Assembly: GCA_951406725.2 (NCBI GenBank)
Contig: OX597819.1
Location: 100,874,001-100,938,000 of the forward strand
Source of the DNA: Octopus vulgaris
Taxonomy: Eukaryota
Direction: 5' to 3'
Length of the DNA: 64,000 nt
A program made the translations under genes and the position numbers. Positions 54,500-64,000 of this stretch are shown here, piece after piece. Under the pieces are notes generated by a model. It was not told the origin of the DNA. It ran no database searches and saw only the letters and a program-made list of their open reading frames with translations. Position 1 is the stretch's first letter; each line of letters starts with the position of its first letter.

Positions 54500-54680
54500 C
54501 GCGAGAATTAACCGGTTGATTGAAGAATTTACTAGCAAAGCCAAGTGAACCAAATATAATTGGTATAAATGTGAATTTATAATCTGAGTATAGAAGATAG
54601 CAGTTATCTATAATTATCATGTTTTGCCTGGTTTCCGAAGCGATATTCACATCAGCAGAAATCTATTACTGTAGATATAT
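54500..54680 (-). mobile_element. RLE endonuclease fragment of an R4/NeSL-type LINE
   Basis: TVIDF.ADVNIASE..KHDNYR..LYSDYKFTFIPIIFGSLGF, assembled across frameshifts. Confidence 0.5.
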
Positions 54681-54739
54681 TTCTTGACAATTCTAAATAT
54701 TTATGTATAACGTTGATCCTACAAATACACACAAACACA

Positions 54740-54793
<54 letters not shown>

Positions 54794-55030
54794 TGCTTGA
54801 ACATAGTTATTTATGTGTATGTCCTTTATTTGGAGGTAATTCGCACACATGCGCACGCACATATGCACATACTCGCTCACGAACGCATGTGTGTCTCCTA
54901 CTTTTCAAATTTACACATTTTCATGTAAGGATGATATATCTATATATAAAACTCAATTGCAATATTATCATCGATCTAGTCCGGTATACATCAGCAAATT
55001 GTATGATGTGGGCGTACTACTGCGTGGCTT

Positions 55031-55063
<33 letters not shown>

Positions 55064-55369
55064 ACATATATGTATACAGATAGATATGCCTATGCATTTA
55101 AATGCATACATAAATAATCTATGTAATAATATAGTCATACATACTTTTAACATGTCACAGAACTCTTACTTCCTTCTTATCTCTCTCTTTCTCACAACTT
55201 CTTTATATATATTAATTGTAAATTTTCATTTTAATGGTATATATATCAAATGGAGTGACTATAATCAAAATAAGCAACAAGGATATCCAAAGGTAGTGTA
55301 GTATAGAAGATACCGTTAACTTAAGTACCATATTCATCTGAATCTAAATTTTTGCTGAACTTATATATA

Positions 55370-55947
<578 letters not shown>

Positions 55948-55952
55948 GGCGG

Positions 55953-55989
<37 letters not shown>

Positions 55990-56319
55990 GGTGCCAATGG
56001 CGGTGCCCCAGCATGGCCACAGCTCATAGGCTGAAACTAGAATCAATCAATCAATCAATATATTATAACAATTATTTTGCTCCCAAATTTGAATTCGCCG
56101 TAAATCCAAAATTTTATTGTGGTATTTAAATGGAGCAACTGTCTTCAAAGACTCATATTGTCGTTGATTGCTCGAAATGGGGAGTAGATAGATAGATAAA
56201 GTGTCATTCTTTGTATTATTTATCCTTTATTTCTTTCGTTATTTGGGTATCTAACTAATTTGTTTTCGTATTTCCTCTTGTTTACGGTTGGTGATATCCT
56301 GTACACACACTCACTCACA

Positions 56320-56595
56320 CACATATATTCTTTTAATCTTTTCCAAACCGCTAAGTTACGGGGACGTAAACTCACCAACATCGGTTGTCAAGCAATGATG
56401 GAGACGAAACAGAGACGCATAAACACACACACACACACACGACAAATTTCTGTCAGTTTACGCCTGCCAAATCAACTCACAAAGCCATGGTCGGCCCGAG
56501 GCTATCGTAGAAGACACTTGCCCACGGTGCCACACAGTGGGACTGAACTTGGAACCATGCCATTGGGGAAAGAAGCTTCTAACCACACAGTCACT
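56320..56595 (-). mobile_element. SINE-A copy, degraded
   Basis: ccgctaagttacggggacgtaaac..ggtcggcccgaggctat..agaagacacttgccc..cagtgggactgaac. Confidence 0.85.
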
Positions 56596-56961
56596 CAGAT
56601 CACGGAAAATAAATAGATACAAACGTATATTTATATACAACATTTAACAAATATATATACACTCACGCATACATGAATATATATAAATATATATATATAT
56701 ATGATTAGAAAGAAATTGCTAACTCACATATGGTGGTGGTGTGACAAACAATTCAGAAATTTGTTCTTATTTGTCAATAGTAATTCAATAATCTAATCTG
56801 AAATGACAAAGTGATATACAATGCATTGTGGGATTAGGTTACACAGTATGTAAGTAATATATAAGGCTTAAGTATCATTTTGATATCTTATCACAGATGT
56901 GTTGTGACAATCATAAAATTTATCCTCTGTATTTCATTGACCTCTCCCGATATGAATTACA

Positions 56962-57013
<52 letters not shown>

Positions 57014-57347
57014 CATATATATATGATTATATATATATATACATACATATATACATACACAAATATATTTGTGTATGTGTGTATATATCTATATCTATCT
57101 ATCTATATATATATATACATATATGTGTATATAAATGAAAATACATATATATATAGAAAGAGAGAGAAAGAATGCTATACATACATAAACATATATGCAT
57201 GCATTCATACATACATACATACTTACATACATACATTCATACATAAATACATACATACATACACACATACATGAATACACTAAACGACAAGATCACATAA
57301 ATATTACTATATACATGGGTGTGCGTGCTCCTTTCTGTATATTTATG

Positions 57348-57381
<34 letters not shown>

Positions 57382-58639
57382 TATATATATATATATACAT
57401 TATTATTGTTCTTATCATCATCATCGTCAATATTATTATTATTTGTAGTATAAATATTTACAGAATTGTGTGGCTCTCATAGATATCTCTTCTAGCGGAC
57501 TCGGCTACCAGCCTCATTGTAATCGAATAGAGAGAATTGTAATGCAGAGTTCGGTGCAGCTGCAATCATGAAGAGCTGGATGATGAAATTGTTTCTTGAT
57601 GATTATATTAACCATAAAATTTTAGGAGCTATGAGAGTTGAATTTATTTACTTAACCACTTGACCCGCTAAGGATTCGAAATTTAGTGGGGGGCACGGGA
57701 CTTCTGGAGCCCAGTTATGAACTCATTTGCATACAGCCAATCAGAGCTCAGCTATCAGACTAATTTACGAACGCATAACATGTGGTGGGCGATAAGAAAA
57801 GGTCACTTGGGTAAGGGATGACCATGCTTTTCTCTTTTAATAATGCTTCTTGCACTTGTTCTTGTTTCAATCATGGTTGCCTCTGCGTAGTTATTTATGT
57901 TGTTGTTTACTTTGAGAGGATTGCTAGCACATCTTCTCCCCATATGTTTCCCATCCATATTTTTACCATATAGGTCCCTAGCAAAATCCGATAATAGGTA
58001 TAGATACAACTCTATCTAATTGCTTGTTTCCTTCGAATATCACGCATAACCTGGTGATCGGTCAACTTACAACACCGTTCTTCATCTTCACTTTACATGG
58101 TAGAGTATGTTTGTTAACTTGATTAGTTGTATGCAAGTGAGTTAATTACTGGGATCCGGAACTCTCGTGGGAAAAAAATTGCACTAAGGATTGCGATCGT
58201 TTCTTAGACTTCTTCGTATCAGAATAATTTCAGGGTATAATAAAATGTTTACACATAGGCAATATTATGCATGAAACGCGTTATGCAATCCAATTATTTA
58301 TTCTGAAATCAATGCGAGCAAGAAATGCTAACTCACCATAATATCAGGAAATCTTGGTTACAGCAACGATTCAACTTTTAAGGGAGTCCTCTAAGGAACT
58401 GAACTGGGACGATTACTGTTCGTGGTAGCTCTGTCAGTCATGCCTTCAGCCATACTGTCACCCATCATCAACAAATATATTATCACTCAAGGACCCGGAT
58501 AACATCCTAAAAGTACAGAAAAATCTGAATACAATATACGTGTATATCAGTCAGCTGATGAAAGTAACATGCCGTCACTTCTGAGGAGTTTGAAGCACAC
58601 CGCTTTCGGTTCACAACCAAATTTCAATCATAATATATG

Positions 58640-59030
58640 GGAACAGTGAAAGGTACCTCACCATGCTGCAAGATAAAATCTGGCCAGTAACTGAGAGAAT
58701 ATAGAAGATTTTATTTTTATACAACATTGCACTCTTCCATATTTTGCTATTGTTGCTCGTGAATGACTGAATGCCCACTTCCCTGGGAGATGTTTGCCCT
58801 GGTTAAAGCCTTGATTTAATATCCAGCGACTTATTTCTTCGGGGTTGGTTAAAAGAGCAAGTCTACTCTACCAAACCAACGACTTTGGGAAAACCTGAAA
58901 GGCGAATACGAGAATCTATGTCTTCCATCCGGCAGACGTTCCTTATGAAATCATTTGATGCAGTTTCCGGACAGCTTCAGAAGCTGATGGCGAATGCTAG
59001 TACCTATATCGAATTTTAAATAAAACTCCA
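58640..59030 (+). mobile_element. Tc1/mariner-superfamily (DD37D/DD41D-like) transposase C-terminal remnant
   Basis: NSERYLTMLQDKIWP..FIQHC..PYFAIVARE*LNAHFPGR..DL..SDLFLRGWLKEQVYSTKPTTL..YIEF*. Confidence 0.75.
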
Positions 59031-59074
59031 TGAAATAAACTTTCTTCTCATATTTAATGTTTCTAAAAATGATA

Positions 59075-59293
59075 CTCTTTCTCTTTTTACTCTTTTATTT
59101 GTTTCAGTCATTTGACTGTAGCCATGTTGGAGCACCGCCTTTAGTCGAGCAAATCGACCCCAGGACTTATTCTTCGTAAGCTTAGTACTTATTCTATCGG
59201 TCCCTTTTGCCGAAACGCTAAGTTACGGGGATGTAAACACCAGCATCGGTTGGCAAGCGATGTTGGTGGGGGGACAAACACAGACACACAAAG

Positions 59294-59340
<47 letters not shown>

Positions 59341-59390
59341 TATGTATGTATATATACATACAGCCTACTCACTACTTACCACACAGCCAA
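59075..59390 (-). mobile_element. SINE-A 3' half plus head fragment
   Basis: Closely matches 55375-55590. Confidence 0.9.
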
Positions 59391-59454
59391 TCCGACGGCT
59401 ATTATAGTTAAATAAATTATATGTATTTTAAAATCTGGTGTTACTTTTCAATCA

Positions 59455-59885
59455 CCCTGTGTATTGCTGTTTGCGAGCAGCATGCTTCAAACAATGTGTT
59501 GTCTTGGTTTCAGTTCCATTTCGCTGAATCTTGGACATGTTGCTTCTATTACGGATCCTCTGAAATCAAAAAACTTGTGAGCGGATTTGGTAGACGAAAG
59601 CTGAAAAAAATCCGGTGTCTGCGAGTGCGTGTCCGTGTTGTGAGTGTTTGTGCATGTGTGCATCTAAGTGCATGTGTTTTTTGTGGGGGAGTGCGTGTTT
59701 GCATTAGTATTTGTAATCTAATATCACTTGAAAACGGTATTGGATTGTTTCCATCCCCGCCTGGCAAAGTGACCGATGGGATAAATACCAGGCTTTAAAA
59801 TGATCTACTGGTGATGATTTGCCCGTCTAAGAACATCCAGGCGATGCCCCAGAAATACCACGATCCATTGACAGAAACAAGCAGA
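59455..59885 (+). mobile_element. Old degraded SINE-A
   Basis: cttgtgagcggatttggtagacgaaagctgaaa..ggcgatgccccag..gaaacaag. Confidence 0.65.
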
Positions 59886-60366
59886 CAGAATTAATCGATA
59901 TACAATATAGATAAACCTACAATTATTTCAAGGAAACCCATCAGCTGAGCTATTTGCGATTATGCAAAAACTTCACTGTTTTCTCACGCATACAAACATG
60001 CATACCTACATACATACACATGCATGACTGTGCGCGCGAGCGTGTGCGCATAAATCTGCTCATGCGAGTATAGAAATTCACAGTTAATGAAGAATTCAGT
60101 GTAAAAACTAGTATATGTAAATTTTATTCACCGTTTCCTTAGAATGTGACTCAGTTATTTGATCTTTCGTTTCTTCGGAGCAAACGGAAGTGGAAATATC
60201 CTGGCCATTTTGTTCGGAAATAGTGAATATTAGAAACATCCACACATGAATAAATACCTATATGCATACATAGATACATTCTGATATACTTACATATTCA
60301 TATGTATGTGTATATTTATGTATGTATATATATATATGTATGTGTGTAAATATATGTATATATATG

Positions 60367-60424
<58 letters not shown>

Positions 60425-60429
<5 letters not shown>

Positions 60430-60612
60430 TAATACATACACCAACCCTATACATACACACGTCCAGACCTCTCATACGCACTTATACTCTCTCCTACACA
60501 CACACACACTTATACATACTAATACGTACTAATACATACTAATACATACTAATACATACACCAACCCTATACATACGCACGTCCAGACCTCTCATACGCA
60601 CTAATACTCTCT

Positions 60613-60655
<43 letters not shown>

Positions 60656-61033
60656 ATACATACTAATACATACTAATACATACACAAACCCTATACATAC
60701 ACACGTCCAGACCTCTCATACGCACTAATAGCTGGTCATTCAACCATATTATCAACCCTATTATCTCCCCTTATTTCGCTCTCGCGTCTCATGTTTGATC
60801 TTTGACCTCTGGCCGAAATCAGATCGCCATGTTGATTCGTTAGTTACTGCACGCATTTTTTTTTCTCTCCTTTCTGTGTTTTTTTTTCTCTCTGTGTATC
60901 TTTCTGTTGAAGAGCGTAGGCTCGAAACGTTTAAGACTTGTTTTATTTATATTTCCTGAGCGTCATACTAATACAATTGTTTGTTTGTTTCCCACCTGCC
61001 TTCGTCTTTTGTCTATTTTCATAAAGCTTCCCG

Positions 61034-61034
<1 letters not shown>
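60425..61034 (+). mobile_element. PLE 3' UTR/terminus copy with HHR at 60899-60936, flanked by (TA)n
   Basis: Near-identical reverse complement of 5464-6075, including the three ~120-bp subrepeats. Confidence 0.92.
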
Positions 61035-61096
<62 letters not shown>

Positions 61097-61097
<1 letters not shown>

Positions 61098-61731
61098 TAG
61101 CAGTATCGCCCGGCGTTGCTCGGGTTTGTAAGGGAAATAACTATATAAGCATATTTAGAGAGTTATAGCCAAAACATAGCAAAAAATGCATTAAAAATGG
61201 AAAAATATGATGGTAATTTTTTTTTTAAATCGTTGACTCATCGTAGACATTTTTAGAGAGTTACTTCCCTTATATAATAGCGAAAAAATGCATTAAAATG
61301 GAATAAAAACGATGGTAAATTTTTTTTAAATCGTAGACTCATGTAGACGCTTTCTTAGCCATTTCTGTTTTGGTGTCTTCAAGCCATGAAGTCGTTGTTC
61401 TAAAAGAACACTGGTCTCCTTGACAACGCATTACGACGTTGATTTCCTTACACTCCCTTCCCCACAGGTGCAGGTGTGAGCGTGGACGCCAACTCCGCCG
61501 CCATCGACACACGAAAAATTATGCATTAAAATGGAATAAAAAATGATGTTAAATTATTTTTAAAATCGTAGACTCATCGTAGACGCGCGCTAATATTCAG
61601 ACGGGCTCGATATGAATCACGACTATAAGCTACCCGAATTTGGTTAAACTGTACCGCAAAATGTGGGAGTAGTTAGGAATCTAAATCGAAGGGGACAGAC
61701 ACTCACACAACTACAGTTTTATATATATAGA
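61097..61731 (-). mobile_element. Complete non-autonomous Helitron
   Basis: Minus strand reads A|TC..., then subterminal hairpin acccgagcaacgccgggc, then ...CTAG|T. Three internal subrepeats (tgcattaaaatgg..aaatcgt.gactcat.gtagac). No TSD. Confidence 0.88.
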
Positions 61732-61739
61732 TATACATA

Positions 61740-62105
61740 GCGCAGTAGTGGTGAGATGTGACAGCAAAGAAAAGCATACATTCACTCTCTGCATGCAATT
61801 AGACTCGGAAAGTTCGTGAGGAACCCATTGACCCAATTTGCTGACTTTTCCGATAGCACACAGGTCTCAATGAATGGTTGAATGACCAAATCCAAGCTTC
61901 TCTGCTAGTTCCTCAACAGTTACGATGAGATTTTGTTCCACCAGGGTTTTCAGGATGTCCTTGTCGAGTTCTACAGATCTTTCAGGATGAGGCACGTCTT
62001 CTAGGCTGTAGTTTATGGCTCGGGATTTCTGGAACCACCATTGACACTGCCTTACGCTTATTGTCCAATCCCCATATACTGCATTAATATTTCTTGTACT
62101 TTGCA
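61740..62105 (-). mobile_element. Mariner transposase N-terminal fragment
   Basis: STRNINAVYG..CQWWFQK..SLED..TVEELAEKLGFGHSTIH, a frameshift, then IGKVSKLGQWVPHELSE. Confidence 0.88.
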
Positions 62106-62311
62106 CACATTTATATTGTTATTCTTTTATATGTTTCAGCCTTGAGGTTGTGGCCATGCTGGATCATGTGTGTGTGTGTGTGTGTGTGTGTATATCTGTC
62201 TGTCTGTCTGTATGTATATATGTATATGTATGTGTGTGAACAATAATATTTTCAACAGATGTGTTGCAAATGTATCTGATTGTTCTCAAGCTTCAATACT
62301 GTGTGTGTGTA

Positions 62312-62342
<31 letters not shown>

Positions 62343-62719
62343 ATGTATTTATGTATGTATATGTATGTATGTATGTATGTGAATATGTATGTATGTGTGT
62401 GTATGTATGTGTGTGTGTATGTGTGTGTGTGTATGTATGTATGTATGTATGTATGAGTGTATGTTTACTTTATTACTAACACAAGCCACTACGGTTATTT
62501 AATGTAAAGTCTTCCTCAAATCACTCTCTCTCTCTCTCGCTATTTACTCTCTTCCAAGAACATTTTCACTCACTCTTAGCTCTTAGCTTCCCATACATTT
62601 TACTCATGTATCTATCAGCGTCATAGACAGAATACTTTCAGTTTAGTCTTCCTCAAATCACTCTGTCGCTATTTACTTTCATTTTATTCGTTGCCCACTG
62701 TGTGTGTGCGTTTGCGTGT

Positions 62720-62945
62720 GGTGTAAACCAGACTAAGAAAAGCATTTGACACACACACCAGAATGTGAGTTTTCTGTAAATTTTGCTTAATTGGAGTTTA
62801 AATTTTAAAAACTGGACCTGGCATGACGCGATGCATTCTACTCTCAAAAATGCCAGGTAAATTGTAATTGAAGAAATCCTATATTGTAGATTTGTATAAC
62901 TCCCAAAGGGAGGCAGATAAAATCTGCCTTTTATAATAAGAGATA
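62720..62945 (-). mobile_element. Helitron-like 5' end fragment
   Basis: Minus strand begins A|TCTCTTATTATAAAAGGCAGATTTTATCTGCC, a TC start followed by a hairpin; 3' CTAG end not found. Confidence 0.4.
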
Positions 62946-62965
62946 TATCTGTATATCTCTCTCTC

Positions 62966-63027
<62 letters not shown>

Positions 63028-63362
63028 TTTTGTTTTTGGATTTGGTTTGCAAGATTCTTTATGCGAGTTCGTATGTTGAAGCATATTCTATTGTTTCTGG
63101 GGAAAGTCATTTTCTTTTTGTGCCTTATAATTTAAACCACTCAGCGGTAAAATTTCCTCTTGTTCTTATTTTTATTTTCCTAAAATTTTCGTTGCGTCTT
63201 GCAACTATTTCAAAAGTCAAGACTATTGAAAATATTGTCAGTAGTAAAAGGTTGCATGATGCAACGAAAATTTTAGAAAATACAAATGAGAAATAAGTGG
63301 AAATTTTACCGGTGAGTGTCTTAAATTATAAGGCACAAAAAGAAAATGACTATCCCCAGACA
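63028..63362. mobile_element. Fold-back pair of PLE-type termini with degenerate HHR motifs
   Basis: 63096-63218 mirrors about 63240-63360; each arm has GTTGC..GCAAC-GAAAATTTTAG; left end abuts (TA)n. Confidence 0.8.
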
Positions 63363-63384
63363 TAAAAGAACAAGCCACTACACA

Positions 63385-63562
63385 CATTTTTCCCTTCTTT
63401 TTTCTCTCCTTGTCTCTCTCCTTGTTTTCTGTGTCCCTTTCTGTAGAAGAGCGTAGGCTCGAAACGTAAAAGACTTTTTCTACTCCTAAGCGTTATACTA
63501 ATACATCTGTTGTTTTGTACACCACCCGTCTTCGACTTTTTTTGTTTTTTTGCGTAAACACT

Positions 63563-63565
<3 letters not shown>
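63385..63565 (+). mobile_element. PLE terminus with HHR (63437-63472, core CUGUAGA), followed by (TA)n
   Basis: cttt-CTGTAGA-a-GAGC(gtag)GCTC-GAAACGTA-aaag; tail homologous to but diverged from 60937-61034. Confidence 0.8.
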
Positions 63566-63634
<69 letters not shown>

Positions 63635-64000
63635 TCTAAGACCCTGAACGAGAAAAATTCAATGACAGTACTCTAGAGTAAAGATTAGTTGCCAACATAA
63701 TGTGGCAGTTCTGATTAGGACGAATGCAACTGTTATTTAGCCCGAAGAAACATCGTTTCCAGCTGGCTATCGACGCACTATTTGCGTCCTTATATTTTCG
63801 AACAGAGATTTAGAAATAATTATTTTTATATTTAGGAAATCAGCGACTGTGTGTCAATTTGAAAAATATATATTTCGAAGAAGAATCTAATGTCACAATC
63901 TCTAACCTAGCATTTATTCTGTGTTGATGAAGTGAAATAACTCACAAACCACTGGCATACAGATATTTCTTTGAACTGAGTGGGGACACTAATCTTTCAG

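Noticed and set aside
54478-54500. Telomere-like ttagggtagggttaaagg
   Set aside because: One exact unit only, so not an interstitial telomeric array
58553-58600. CTGATGA followed by a short hairpin as a hammerhead
   Set aside because: No GAAA, stem III or closing stem I downstream

Overview
AT-rich eukaryotic DNA packed with microsatellites ((TA)n, (CA)n, (TATG)n, (TATC)n, (TTA)n, (CAT/CAC)n) and decayed transposons. From memory, the two dominant tRNA-derived SINE families look like those of Octopus (coleoid cephalopod); this is an inference, not a database result. I cannot support any intact host protein-coding gene, so the window looks intronic or intergenic, and almost all ORFs in the track are translated microsatellites. 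Recognisable coding remnants are Penelope-like elements (PLEs: GIY-YIG endonuclease and RT, of Neptune-like and Naiad-like types), Tc1/mariner transposases and R4/Dong-type RLE LINEs. There is also a complete non-autonomous Helitron. The most striking signal is a set of about a dozen minimal type I hammerhead ribozyme (HHR) motifs at PLE termini. Different families swap the catalytic-core 3-8 pair (C-G, G-C, A-U and probably U-A), and one family has a fixed A6->U change. Several sit in head-to-head fold-back pairs. A 291-bp tRNA-like unit shows the same tandem-plus-inversion architecture. Coordinates of degraded repeats are approximate.
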